Shown one piece after another: positions 29,926 through 43,553 of a stretch of 64,000 nt of DNA. The notes beneath the pieces are model-generated. The model made no database searches, was not told where the DNA came from, and worked only from the letters and a program-made list of their open reading frames with translations. The first letter of the stretch is position 1; every line of letters starts with the position of its first letter. Where the stretch lies: contig OZ024741.1 of NCBI GenBank assembly GCA_964016885.1, forward strand, positions 116,560,001 through 116,624,000. Reading direction: 5' to 3'. The DNA is from Eledone cirrhosa. Lineage: Eukaryota. The translations under genes were made by a program, and so were the position numbers.

Positions 29926-30852
29926 TCGATAATTTGATCACCTAGGTAACAAAAGCTGTCCACAAGCTAGTTTTAGTGGTTCTTTCTACCTCATCATTCC
30001 ACTGCCATGTCACCCTCCATCTTGGTGGGACCTTGCTCCAGCCACAGACCTGGCTTGTGGCTTCCAGCAGGTTGTCCCATAGAAATTTCCAAATCTATGT
30101 CATATGACCCCAGCTCTTCTTCCTTACTGTCATAAGCATCAAGAAGGATTTCTCTAAATTTCTTACCATCAGATGGTTCTCTCAGCTTCCAAGTCTTCAT
30201 TCTCCTGACTGGCTTTTGTTTCTTGGTCCTCCTAGCTCTATATAAACAAACGGTTGGGAGGACCCTTCAGTTGTGTCAAAGACATGGCAACCTGAACAGT
30301 GCTGGTGATCTACATGATAAATGTACCTAATATATGCTGTATAATGGTTGGTGATAGGAAGGGTATCCAGCCATAGAAAGCTTGCCAAACAAAGGGTTGT
30401 GAGGATGCTTCAAAGACTTGACAACCTCTCTATGCTGGTGCCACAATAAATGCATTTGGAAGAACATGGAACTGTATGTAAGTGAGATGCGCACTTCTGG
30501 CCTGTCTGAGAGTAGTGGCTCTACCTGGAGTGACTCTCTGATCTAGTTATGTACTATATTGTGTAACATTACTCTGAAAACCCTTGTGGTTAGAATGTCT
30601 CAGGAAAGAATCACTGGATAGATTTTACAAGCAAACCCAACTGGCAGGAGACCCAGATGGTTGGATATCATCCAAGAGCTCAGTTGATTTCACTTGGGGA
30701 TCTTGCCAGATCAATTGGAGATGGTTGCTTCTGACAGGACCCACTGGAAGGAGTAATTGAGGACTCTGTCCCCATGACCCTCCCAGAAATAAGAAGACCT
30801 AGTAAGTAGAAAAGGCAGCCACTCTTTGAAAATTGATCTTGATTATATTTAT

Positions 30853-31410
30853 GATAATAATAATAATAATAATAATAATGAAATTATTGTGTACAGTGCT
30901 CAGGTGCACTACAACTCATCAAAGGTGCATGTATAGTACATAGAATAATGTTCAAATGTCAGGAAAATGAACAGTGTATGAGTTATGAAATACATGTGTG
31001 CGTATGTATGGAGGGGGGATATCAGGTGTAGTGTTGGCGAATTTCAGGAAGCATGGAGGTTTTAAAGGATGCAGTGTCTTGGCACCTAACAACTGATGCA
31101 GGTAGTTTGTTCCATGCTTCAGCAACTCTGAGCGTAAAAAAATGTTTCCGAAAGTCATGGGAGCTGTGCTGTTTTCTGACTTTGTAGGCATGCCCACGTG
31201 TGTTAGACACACGGAAATCAAAAAGGTGCTCAGGGTTGTTGTTGGTAAGATGATTAATAATTTTGTGGGTGTTTACCAAGTCAGTTGCCAGACGTCGGAG
31301 CTTCAATGTATCCATGCCCAGGGAAGCAAGGCATTCAGAGTATGGTAGATGCTTGATGGAGAGTATTTGCTTGGTTGCACGAACAGTTTCCAGGAGGTCA
31401 ATGTTCTGAG
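30853..31410 (-). mobile_element. CR1/Jockey-group LINE 3' fragment
   Basis: LRRLATDL...SNTRGHAYK...RKHFFTLRVAEAWNKLPASVV...FK, followed by a (TAT)n tail. Confidence 0.85.
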
Positions 31411-32303
31411 CAAGATATTTATCTTACCAACTGTACTATAAACCATTAAAGATAAAATAATCTTGAATACTAACATTCATCTTTTCAAACTTACACCTTA
31501 ACTTAAAACAAGCCAGCAAGGGAGCCTCTACATGGTCACACAACATGCTAGACATGGCAGCCAAATCTTCTTTAAATCTCATACAACTGACTTGAAAAAG
31601 GAACCACTATATTGGGTATTATATATCTAAATGTAACTTAAGAAAAGAAAAAGGGCTGCCATGTTTGGAATGCCTTTGATTAAAGGAAATTGGCCTTGAA
31701 GAGAAAATTTCTAGGTGTAGATCCAGACACATAGAGGCTGTCTGATACCAAATTAACTTTACCTTTCATATTTCCAGTGTTGATACAATAAAGAACTCAC
31801 TCTCCACCCTTTAATTGCTAGCCTTGTGCCACAAGTAGAAATCATTATTATTTTTTCCTTTTTTCTTCTGTTTATTTTAAAGAGTTTATTATTTTATTAT
31901 CATTAACTTCTTTTTCTTTTTCTTCCTCTCCTTCCCTCCTTCTTCTTCCTCCTCCTCCTCGTTCTTCTTCTTGCCCATATATTCCTGTGAGGGTCGAGGG
32001 GACAGAGTTTTCTAGCACGCCTTCCAGCGGGTCCTGTCCTTACCTACAACTTCTTAAATAGAATACAATAGAATGAATACAGAATAATAAGAAAAAGCCC
32101 AGTGAATCAGAAGACCGTGATCAAATAAAGTAACAACGGTAGTTCTTTCCCTTAGATATAAACTGTCTTAGTTTCTGTAGTTATTCCCCTTGGAAATAGC
32201 AATCACGATTTCTAAAGCAAATTAGAAAGTTATTTCTTGTCCAGATACTAATGGGGTTTGAGTTGACGATATTATGGACTTGCTGCTTTTTTTCTTATTA
32301 CGC

Positions 32304-32384
<81 letters not shown>

Positions 32385-32449
32385 CTAGCTGTCGAAGCGG
32401 CCGCTCAGCCGTCGGGGTCGTGAATCTTTTCATATATATATATGTGTGT

Positions 32450-33120
32450 GTGTAGAAGGTAAACAGAAATAACAACACAATCGGTACAGTATATGGGAGG
32501 AATAAGAGGTTCTAACGTTTCGGACGCTAGTCCTTCATCAGAAGAAAGAATGAGAAATAAGATAGATTGAAGGGACGGGCGGGTGGAATTGGAAAAAAAT
32601 GTCTTTAGATAAAAATAATAGGTTCATTCATGTTGGCATCTCTTGGAAAACTGTTGATGCTGGCGTTTTGTGTATAATTTATTTTTTAGTAAAGTGGATG
32701 ATAGAGCGCGTCTACCTGAAATGTGCGCGTGCGTGTGTGTGTGTGTGTTATTATACGTCCGTATGAAGCTAAGAAGAAATGTGTGTGTATATGTAAGTAA
32801 AAGAGTGTGTGTGTGTTTGTAAGTATGAAGCTATGAGCAAAAGTATGTTAATATAAGGGTGTGTATGTGCGTATACAGAGCAGTGAAGGGAAAAGTGGAG
32901 TGTTCATATTTTGTCGGTCTGTATTAATTGTAAGAGAAGATGTTTCTGGCCAGAGGAATCTAGGGGTGAATGTATAAACGCGTGTGTGATAATAGACGGG
33001 GTATTAAAGAAATTGGGGAGATGAATTGAGTCCATGTGGGAAATGGGATCCAAGGCGGTAAATCAGACCCTGTTCAGTCCTGGTGCACGAGGCCTGTGAT
33101 CCGTGATGTAAAAGACACTC
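32450..33120 (-). mobile_element. Penelope-like element 3' end: GIY-YIG C-terminus plus pLTR with a minimal hammerhead
   Basis: 33003-33120 translates ...TRTEQGLIYRLGSHFPHGLNSS*; CTGATGA-aggactagcgtcc-GAAACGTT at about 32510-32547; a second pLTR copy at about 61745-61962. Confidence 0.8.
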
Positions 33121-33122
33121 AA

Positions 33123-33770
33123 CCGTATTTGACGGCTTATAAGACGCACCTGAATTTGGGCAAACAATAAATAAATAAATGGGTTTAAACTATGAATGTC
33201 AGGTGAAGGGTATAAGGTTTGTACATCGTATTGTTTTTATTATCATTCTACATTGTAATACTAGTTGTAATATTCTAGTGGATTTTTAAAACATAAGGGA
33301 ATGTGAAAATAAATTTACTTTATTCTCTACAACGTATTTTTGTTGTTGTTGAAATATTTAGTACATTTTTAAAACAAAAGAAAGTGAAAATAAATTTATT
33401 TTATTTATCATAAAATTAATTAATATTGTAGCTTTTTTAAAATATTGTAGTTTTTTTTCATGTTCAAGTCCTACAAAATTAGAGTCACTATCATCCATGG
33501 TTAAGCGTTGTCACTTAATTTTCTTCCTGCCTTGTGTTATTTTATATGAAGTGCCGGTCCTTAGAAAAGAGTTGCCATTGTTGGTATAAAAGTGACTGTC
33601 ACTTTGTTTATATTTTCGGAGATGTTTGCAGTTTAATTTAAGGGCCACTACAGCACTAGAACTCCACAAGCCAGTAACCAAACAGACTATTGAAATTTTA
33701 AGACACATGGTATTTTTCTGGGACATCTTTTAGAAGAAAAAAAAAGTGTCTTATAAGCCGTCAAATGCGT
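33123..33770. mobile_element. pogo/mariner-like MITE
   Basis: TIR ccgtatttgacggcttataagac / gtcttataagccgtcaaatgcg, with TA after the right end. Confidence 0.8.
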
Positions 33771-33780
33771 TATATAGTTA

Positions 33781-35562
33781 AATGGTTTGTAGCGACATAG
33801 TCCTCGGCTCAGTAAGAGAGAGGGTCCCACAACTCTATCACTTTGCTTGGCAGGCTTATCGGGAGCCCTCCTACCTCTCTTTCGGTGACCAAATGATCAC
33901 CTCTGCCTCAGGAATTCAACAGGGTGACCCACTCGGGCCCGCTCTGTTTGCACTGGACATTGATGACGTCACCAAGATGGGGGTTGAGTTGGACCTCAAG
34001 GTCTGGTACCTCGACGACGCCTGTTTGGGGGGAACTCCGGATATGGTTCTCGCCACTGCCAACAAGATGGTTGGGGAGCTTGGCCGCCGGGGTCTCCAGA
34101 TCAATAGCTCCAAATGTGAGCTCTCGATCCTCAACCACCCGGCTTCTCAACACCAACAGCTAATCGACCTGTTTGCAGAGTCCTTCCCTTCCATCGCGGT
34201 CCCTCCCACGTCGGCTTGGTGCTCCTTAGGAGCCTCAATCCCAGACCTGGCCTTCGAGTCAACCTTCCAATCAAAGATGGTTGGCCTTGAGCAGCTGCTG
34301 AGGAAAATCGAAGTTATCGAACCCCATCAAGGTTTCTTCATACTCAGGAACTACCTGTCTATTCCTAAGCTTCTGTATCTTCTCAGGGTGAGCCCCTCTC
34401 ACAGATTTCCGTCCTGCCTCCAACGTTTCGACGACCTAATCTTTAAGAGACTCGAGTGCCTGGTCAATGTTAGACTCTCTCCAGCCTCCCGCGATCAGGC
34501 TGCGTTGGCCAAGCGATTTGGGGGTCTTGGTCTTCGTAAGTGCTCGTCCCTCTCTCTCCCTTGTTTCCTTTCCTCCACCCATGCTTGCTCCACCCTGCTG
34601 AGCAGCATCCTCTCCTCTCCAATATGGACTAGTTTCAACAGGGAGTTGGGTGAAGCTCTCCAGCAATGGAGTGAGTGAGGCTTGTCTCTTCCTGAGAAGG
34701 TGGAGGACAGTCGAAGTCAGAGAACTTGGGACAGCATAAGTTCGAAGGCCACCTTCAACTCCTTCTTCGCCCAGTCAGATCAGTTTCCAAGGTGCCACTT
34801 ACTATCTGCCAGCGCCAAATACTCAGGCGACTGGGTTGATGCCCTACCCGTGGCCAACGTTGGTGGCCTACTCAGCCTGGACGAACTTCGTGTCTCCATC
34901 GCCCTCAGAGTGGGAGCTGACGTCTGCATGGGTTTGAGGTGCCGATGCGGCAAACTCCTCGACTCTACAGGCCTCCACGGTCTTTCTTGCCGCCTGAATG
35001 CCGACCGCTTCGCGCGTCACATGGAGCTAAACCTCATTCTGAAGAGAACTTTGGCCCGGGCGAATACCCCTCAGTCTTGGAACCATCTGGGTTGTCCAGA
35101 AGTGACGGCAAAAGACCTGAGGGCCTTACCCTGTGCCCCTGGTCGAGAGGCAGGTGCCTTGTCTGGGACATCACTGTTAGTGACTCTTTTGCTGTTTCCC
35201 ACATCCTGGATGCTGTGGTTAGGACAAGAGCCACAGCTTCCACAACCGAGCGAAGCAAGACCCTCAAATACTCTAATCTGTCGGCCAGCTACATTTTTCA
35301 GCCTGTGGCTTTTGAGAAGTTTGGGGGAGTCGGGTTGCTGACTGCGCGGTTCCTCTCTTCACTGGCGCCTCGCCTAATAGAGGTAACTGGTGAATCTCGC
35401 GAGGGCGCTTGGCTGTTTCAGCGCATCAGCCTCGCCATCACCCGAGGCAACGCTGCAAGTGTGCTGGCTTGCCTCAAAAATCATTAGAAAGGTTGCCCAG
35501 TACTCCTCGTGACGTTGCTGTCTTTTGCTCTGGTGTTGGCTCGGTTGTTCACCCCTTCCTTT
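33781..35562 (+). mobile_element. 5'-truncated CRE-clade non-LTR retrotransposon (RT, CCHC, restriction-like endonuclease)
   Basis: GIQQGDPLGPALF, WYLDD, GLQINSSKCE, RFGGLGLR, CRCG..LHGLSC..RH, DGKRPEG..PW..GR.LVWDITV, QRISLAITRGNA. One stop (34676-34678) and one frameshift (about 35068). Confidence 0.88.
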
Positions 35563-38500
35563 ACATATTCTTTAATATTGCGACATTAAAAGAACTATCA
35601 GAAAAACCACCCCCGTGTAGTGTGTATATTATGCGCAGGTATATATACATGTAGATATGATACATAAAATAAAATCGTAATTGACAATATATAATACATA
35701 GAAATTGAACGAAGACTGCGTTACACTGTCTTATGTAATCAGTAACATAATCCATGATACATTAAAAAAGACGATATTATATATAAACTGCATTAGGAGA
35801 AAATTAGTATGTTTATTTAAGCGATGGCCAACCGGAAGTGTTGACATTTCAGAAATTTTAAAGAAGGGAATCTTTAAATAAATAAAATATATTTAATCAA
35901 CAGCCACGAAATTTAGTAGATAAATTATGTAATATTCATTCATTATTTATTCAAAGTAATCCAACTTACTTTACTAATGGGATAAAAAATTATAAACCGT
36001 ATGTAGTCCCGTGCTTCTTACTTTATTATAGTTTAGATATATCTTTCTGAATGAATCGCGAGCTATTTATAATGTTATCGAAGCATTTGTAATGTTATTT
36101 ATGTATATATTTAAAACATATTTGTTATGTTATTCTACTGTAAATTTATTTATATGCTCTGTTTATATTTTCATTCTGAAAGAATTGCAAACAATTTGTA
36201 ATGTTATTGTATCATTATATTTCTATAATCCCGCCGAGGTTAACTTTGCCTTTCATCCTTACGGGGGTCGATAAAATAAAGTACCAGTAATGCACTGGGA
36301 TAATTACTGGCCTTGTGCCAAAGGTAGAAACAATTATATTTCTATAATAAAACGAATATACCTATACACACTTAGTTATCATTCGTTCACCAGTTTGAGC
36401 ACTTAATACCTGTGTGGGTCTGGCTGCTGTTGCAGTATTCTACGTTAGGTATTACACCGTAGTCGGTATTCTTAAGAAGCAGAGTGTTAATAATAATGGT
36501 TTCTTATATAGGCACAAGGCCAGCAATTTTGGGGAAAAGGGAAAGTTGATTAAATCAACCCTAGTGCATTACTGGTGCTTTATTTTATTGGCCCCGTAAG
36601 GATGAAAGGCAAAGCTAACTGTGGCGGGATTTGAACTCAGAACGTAAAGGGCCATAACTCTATGCTACAAAACATGGTGTCTGATGCTCTACTGATACTA
36701 CAATAATAATAAAGAGCAGGAACGAGGTATCAATATAGCAACTTTATGTTTATTCATGTATGATATGCGTTTCGTGATTGATCAGCTCAAGGTACGATTG
36801 GTATCAATCGGGCTCGACTCTGGAACCGATAACACATCAGACTTGTGGATTCCTTAATGACTATGTATTGAAATTTAGCACTATAACATCTTTGGAAGAC
36901 GGACGACAGATGGGCGGCTTGTATCACACACAGACACACACACAGGCCGGCTACACGTAAAACATAACTTGGAAGACGGACGAAAGTGTAAAAATAAAAA
37001 AAATACAAATTACTGATATATTAGACACTCTATCTTTCTATCTATCTATCTATCTATCTATCATCATCATCATCACTGTTTAATGTCCATTTTTCCACGC
37101 TAGCATGGGTTAGACAAGTTGTCCCGTTGTGAGACAAGCCAGATCAGGTGACTGTGACTTGCTCATACAGAACTGATTTTGGCTTGGTTTCTGTGGCTGG
37201 ATGCCCTTCCTAATGCTAACCATATTTACAGGGTGCTTTTTGTTGTGACACCTACACGACCACTTTATAGTGTGGGCTGGGCATTTTTTGTTGCGTCACC
37301 AACACAACCAGTTTACAGTGTTGACTGGGGGCCGAGGTGGGGGAGTTGCATGAGGATTGGAGAGGTAGATTTAGTGGGGCTGGTACATGATGGGTGATGT
37401 TCAGACGTGGACAGAGTGAGAGGGCGTGGGAGGTGTATGGAAGGAGCGGGAGAGGTGTATGGAAGGGTGGGTGGGTAAGAGATAGTAGTGCATACTAGAT
37501 GTATGCTTCAACCTGTGCTCATGGGAAGGCAAGTCTTCTTTATTACTGCATAATGCCAAAGATCTCACTTTTATCACCTCATCCCAAGTCTTCCTACTCC
37601 ATAGTTTCCATCAACTTTCAGTGGAAAGTTAGTCTCTCAGATGTAGTTTTTAATATTTTGTGAATGTAATATTTGCCCAGAGTAATTAGCTGTAATTGTG
37701 AGGTCATGCATTAGTCATAACTTTGAAGGTTTTATTTTAGCTGTATGAAGTTTACGAACAGTTACCAAGGTAGCTATCATTGTCTTTCTAACTCCATTAC
37801 TATCATATCACCTTGTTTCATACTCTCTCCTCCTTTAACCTCTCAGCCATCATTTCCCTTCAAATTATACTATTTTACACTTTTTACCATGAAAGAATGG
37901 AGATGATGTAAAAGGGAGAGAACTCTTCTTGCCATAATAGGGGAGATCAATCTCTCGAGTAACAGTAGAGGAATTGATGGTGGTGGAAGAGGAGGAGGAG
38001 AAGAAATAGAAGACATAATTATTGTTTCTACTTTAGGCACAAGGCCAGCAATTTTTTTAAGGGGAGGGGAAAGTTGATTAAATTGACTCCAGTGCATTAC
38101 TGGTGCTTTATTTTATCAACCCCGTAAGAATGAAAGGCAAAGCTAGCCTTGGCAGGATTTGAACTCTGAACGTAAAGGGCTGTAACTCTATGCCGATAAT
38201 TGTTTCTATTTTAAGCACAAGGCCAGCAATTTGAAGGGGGGGGGGGTGGAATGTCGATTGAAATCAACCCCAGTACATTACTGGTACTTTATTTTATCCA
38301 CCCTATAAGGATGAAAAGCAAAGCTAACCTCAGAGGAATTATAATAATTGTTTCTACTTTTGGCACAAGGCCAGTAATTATTCAGTGCATTACTGGTACT
38401 TTATTTTATCGACCCCGTAAGGATGAAAGGCAAAGTCAACCTCGGCGGGATTTGAACTCAGATCGTAAAGGGACGTAACTATGCTGGAAAGCATGGCGTC

Positions 38501-39084
38501 CGACCCTCTACCGATACTGTCAATCCACAATAATAATAATAAGAAGAAGATAGAAAATAGAAGAAAAATGAGAATATAGAAGACCAAAGAAAAAACAAAA
38601 AAAGACGATAGAAGACAGAAAAGATGTCATTTTTTTTCACGTTATAACAATTTTTTCAGTCTAGATAGATATATTAATTGTTTCTACTTTTGGCACAAGG
38701 CCAGCAATTATTCCAGTGCATTACTGGTACTTTATTTTATCGACCCCGTAAGATAGATATATTAGTGAAGACAAAACAATTGAAAAGCGGGGAAAAAACA
38801 CCATTAAAGTGTAAAAACCTTATACAAAATACACTGCCTAAAGTTACACTCCTACACATGCATATAACATGCACATGCACACACAAACATGCATACACAC
38901 ATATAATTACTACATCAGATACCTTAAATGTCAATCTATGTATTCTTTATCAGGCACACATTATGCACATAAACACATACACCTACATACACATGTGTAT
39001 GCATAGATATGCACACACAACTGCAAATAAACAGACACACAAAACATTCACATACACACACAGTTACCCTCTTAGATACCTTAA

Positions 39085-39477
39085 CCCTTTAATATTTGCA
39101 TTACTCTATATTTACTATTGTATTTTCATGGTAAAGGCTTAACCTCACATAATTATCTCACATAATATCGAATCTACGACATTTTGATATTATTTATTTT
39201 GAGAACAATACCCCGAGTAAGATGGTTGGAATACATCCATGAGCTTGGCTGGTCATGCTTGGGGATCCAGCTGGATCAATTGGAGACAGTTACTTCTGAC
39301 AGGACCTCCTGGAAGGAGTGTTTGATGACTCTGCCACTACGACCCTCTCAGGAATAAGTGGGCAAAGAAGAAGAAGAAGATACTTTAACATCAGTATGAG
39401 TAGCCGGTTACATCTGGTTTGAACAGAAACAGGTGAGAGAATTCTGGCCGGATACGGCCAGTTTAAATGCTAAAGGG
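39085..39477. mobile_element. piggyBac-like MITE carrying an RTE 3' fragment
   Basis: TTAA-cccttta...taaaggg-TTAA. A sister copy at 49870-50052 sits in a SINE TTAA site; partial copies at about 48955-49035 and 61963-62490. Confidence 0.75.
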
Positions 39478-39538
39478 TTAAATGTTAATCTATGTAACAA
39501 TACTCATATCCTCATTTTAAATCATTAACCAACAATTA

Positions 39539-39746
39539 CCATATATACTCGAATATAAGCAGTTATGAATATAAGCCAACCCTACTATTTTATGTCTGAG
39601 AAATGGGCAAAAATTCAAACCTTATTTATGTAGAATTTAAAGTTGGTGATAATAGTCAAAATATTGACATCTAATACAAGCTAACCCCACTACTACCATC
39701 AATGTTTTGTTCACATATTCCTTGGCTTATATTCGAGTATATATAG
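39539..39746. mobile_element. pogo/mariner-like MITE
   Basis: TA-ccatatatactcgaatataagc ... gcttatattcgagtatatatag-TA. Confidence 0.75.
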
Positions 39747-39907
39747 TAGTTAATTAATTAAATCAATTCAAAATAAAATCTTTTAAAAACATGTTTATTT
39801 TAATTATTTTTTAAAATTTACTTCTCAAATTTATTTGTCTTTACAAAACCTAATTTCTTCCCTCTGTAATAGACTGGTGTGTGCATATATGTGTGTCTGT
39901 GTGTATA

Positions 39908-39965
<58 letters not shown>

Positions 39966-40058
39966 TACACATATATATACATATATATAGGTATGTATGT
40001 ATATATACTGACACACACAAACATATATATATATATATATATACATATATGTATATAT

Positions 40059-40112
<54 letters not shown>

Positions 40113-40728
40113 CTATATGATATATATATATATATATATATATACACCAGACTTTGTTGATTGTTCATAAAAGTGTATTTGGGACCGCCACTGTTGATGA
40201 TGAGTTCACCCTGGTTACATTACATGGTGTGCATGAGAGACATGTTCAGCAATCGTGGGATGACTGTGGAGTGAATGGGTTCAAACAGCATACAAATATA
40301 TAAAGTCTTTTCTCATCAGTCACTGGCAAAAAATTCTCTAATTTTGTAGAACAAGTGTGAATATCAACCATTCCCCACTGCCTCTCTTGTCCAAATTTTC
40401 ATAACTTATATTTAATTATATATTTTTACTTTGATAAATTGTATTGAATTATAATCTCGCTTTGCAATATCCTTTTCGTTTCTTCATTTTTTTTTGTATT
40501 TTCTTGATAATTTTAAAATAAATTAAAAATAAATTAGAGAGGAAAAAAATATTTTTTTTAAATAGAAAAAAAGACAGCAATCAAAATATTTATTCAAGTT
40601 ACCCTCCCACCCAATTTTGTGGCTTTTCAGGACTTTTGCTTTGTGGCCTCAGCATCTTTCAGGGCCTGTGGTTAGGGTTTAGGGCAGAAATAGGTGGACA
40701 GCATTGATGTTTCTTTGGGTTTTCATGT

Positions 40729-40964
40729 TCAAGTGGCTACTTCAGTTACATAGTCAACCTCGTTGTACACTGTCTTTTCGTGGTAAGTTATTTCTTCACT
40801 TTCCTTGTCAAGAAGCAGCAGAATGCAGGCACCACTCATGAATATGACAGCACCCCAGCCTACACCATATGCCCATCCAAATTCCCATGGGACATTGTCA
40901 TCTTCGGGAAGCTCACTACGGAACTTTACAGGAAAGGTAATGAGCCCGATACATCCACAGATAA
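40729..40964 (-). CDS. TMEM47: TMEM47/claudin-like (PMP22-claudin superfamily) gene, last coding exon
   Basis: Acceptor tattttctcttttcag, phase 1: (V)ICGCIGLITFPVKFRSELPEDDNVPWEFGWAYGVGWGAVIFMSGACILLLLDKESEEITYHEKTVYNEVDYVTEVAT*. The FPVKF...FGWAYG..WG...DKESEEI pattern matches TMEM47/kune-type proteins; the symbol is family-level only. Confidence 0.88.
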
Positions 40965-41608
40965 CTGAAAAGAGAAAATAATCAAATATTAGGAAGAATT
41001 AATTTTGAAATTCTGTAGAAATGTCTTCTGAAGCTTTCAGTCATACCATCATCATCATCATCAATGTGTGTGTATGTGTGGTGTGAATTACACAATCATC
41101 ATTACTCTTTAATGTTTTTTTATCATGCAAGCATAAGTTGTCCAGGTTGTCACAGACTAAATCAGCACTCAGTCAGACATGCTAGGGCTATACCTTGCTT
41201 ATATATGTCCTTACAGTTAACAAAGTGGTACTTGTTGCATTTTATCATGGTAAAGAAGTTGTTGTGCTCTTGACACAACTAAAGAGTCCTCTTAATCTTA
41301 TGTTAGGCAGGTGTGGTGTTGTACAGCTTTATGCTTTTGCTAACACCAATCACTTTACAGAGTGTACTGGCTGCCTTTTATCATAGCATCAACACTGAAG
41401 AGGTTGTCATGTCTGAAGAGGCCTCTAAACCTATTTGACACGGTTTCTACAGCAGGATACTCTTCCAACAACTTTACAGGGTGTATTAGGTGCATTTTAT
41501 CATGGTACCAGCACTAAAGAGGTTGTGTTTGAAGTGTCTTCTAAACCCTTTTGATAAGGTTTCTACAGCAGAATATTCTTCCTAACATCTACAGAGTGTG
41601 TGTATGCA

Positions 41609-41650
<42 letters not shown>

Positions 41651-42352
41651 CATATATACCTTATGAAGTGAACTTATTAACCATTCAGTCAAGCCTGCAT
41701 CTAAAAGCTAACACTCATATATTCAATATAACACACACACACACACATGCACACACACACCCACAGATGTACACACACAGATGCACACACACACAGATGC
41801 ACACATGCACACACACACATTGAGTTCAAATCCTGTCGAGGTCAGCTTTGCATTTCATCTTTTTTAGGTCGATAAAAAAGTACCAGTCCAGTATTGGAGT
41901 CAATTCTTCATCTTTAACTCTACCTCATTTCCCCTCTCTTACTCACTTACTCGCCTTCTTTGAAAGAAATTGGTTGTGTTCAAACCTGGTGAGGAGATAG
42001 GCTCTGCCAGGTTCAAAATGCCCAAAACATGCTGTATGTCACTACAGAACCTCTACAACTCCATTAGTAGTTACATTAGTAGTTACATTAGTAGTTACAT
42101 ATATCAGACTTGCCAACCTCTAAAAACCCAAACAGGGAGTACCAAGAAAAAAAGTGCCTCAAAACGGGGATAAATGAGGTAAAATGGGGAGATGTTACAT
42201 CATGAAAGCTACCCATTTTCATAAGAGAAGACATCTCTCACCCACCCCAAAATGGGTGAGAGAGCTCCCCGTCGGATGGGAGAGTTGACAGGACTGTATA
42301 TACAATCAAAATATACTGGCAAAAGCATTAGATAGCAATGTAGTGAACTTAC

Positions 42353-42502
42353 CTGCTAGGAGCATAACGCCCCTTGCAACACTGTACATGAGATATTTCA
42401 ACTTGCAATTTTTCGTATTCAGACCAAAAATAGCAGCAAATGTTGCAAGAAGACATATCAGTAATGACATGATGCACATAGCAGCACAGGCTGATCTCCA
42501 GG
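42353..42502 (-). CDS. TMEM47: TMEM47/claudin-like gene, internal 150-bp exon (TM2 to start of TM3)
   Basis: Acceptor ctttgtag, donor gtaagt, phase 1-1, splices in frame to 40964: WRSACAAMCIMSLLICLLATFAAIFGLNTKNCKLKYLMYSVARGVMLLA. Confidence 0.88.
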
Positions 42503-43553
42503 CTACAAAGACAGTGGGAAAAAAAGAGGAGAAAATGTTAAGTAGATGTTAATGAGAAATATATAAATATTGTGTAGGTGCCACAACAAAAAAAGCACCC
42601 AGTTTGTCCTGTAAGGTTGTTGTACTGTTGCCATGACAAAAAAGAACCTAGTCCAATCTGTAAGGTTGTCATACTGTTGTCATTACAAAAAATACCCAGT
42701 CCAATTATATATATATATCATCATCATTATCGTTTAACATCCACTTTCCATGCTAGCATGGGTTAGACGGGTTGTCCCATTTGAAGCAACTCGGGTCAGG
42801 TGACAGTGTATTGCTCATATAGGACTGTTTCTGGCTAGATTTCTACGGCTGGATGCCCTTCCTAATACCAACCACATTTACATTGTGTGCTGGGTGCTTT
42901 TTGTTGTGACTCCTACATGACCACTTTACAGAGTGAGCTGGGTGCTTTTTGTCATGGCACCCACACAACCACTTTACAGTGTGGGTTGGATGCTTTTTTG
43001 TTGTGATACCCACATAACTTTACAGTGTAAGGATGGTGTGAACAGAGGTGGGTGGGGATGTGTGGAAGGGGTATAGTGGTTAAGAGGTGCCTACTAGATG
43101 TATGTTTGAGTCTGTGCACATGGGAAGGTGTGTCTTCTGTATTACTGCATAATGCCAAAGATCCTATCCCTGTGTCTTTTAGAGGTGCAATTGCACAAGG
43201 TCAGCTTTTATCACCTCATGCCAGGTCTTCCTGCTTCATAGCTTCCATCAATTTTGATTGCCCTGCACCTTTTTATACAGCTGTCATCCTTCATACATAT
43301 CACATGACCATACCAATGCAATCTCATAGTATACTGCATCTGATTCCTCTTATGCCTAATTTCTCATTCAATTCATTTCTGCTTTGCTGTTCATGTATAT
43401 TACTATTACATATCCATCAGAGCATGCATGCTTCATTTCTTTCCAATCTTTGCAGGTCCTCTGCACACAGTGCCTGGTCTGATTACCATGTAACATTGCT
43501 GTTCGTATACATGCATCATACAGTCTACCTTTCATTTTAAGAGATAAATCTTT

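Noticed and set aside
40669-40685. Telomere-like ttagggtttaggg
   Set aside because: Only two imperfect units in a 3' UTR, which is expected by chance.
42105-42296. hAT-like MITE (cagacttgccaac / gttgacaggactg)
   Set aside because: TIRs are imperfect and there is no matching 8-bp TSD; too weak to call.
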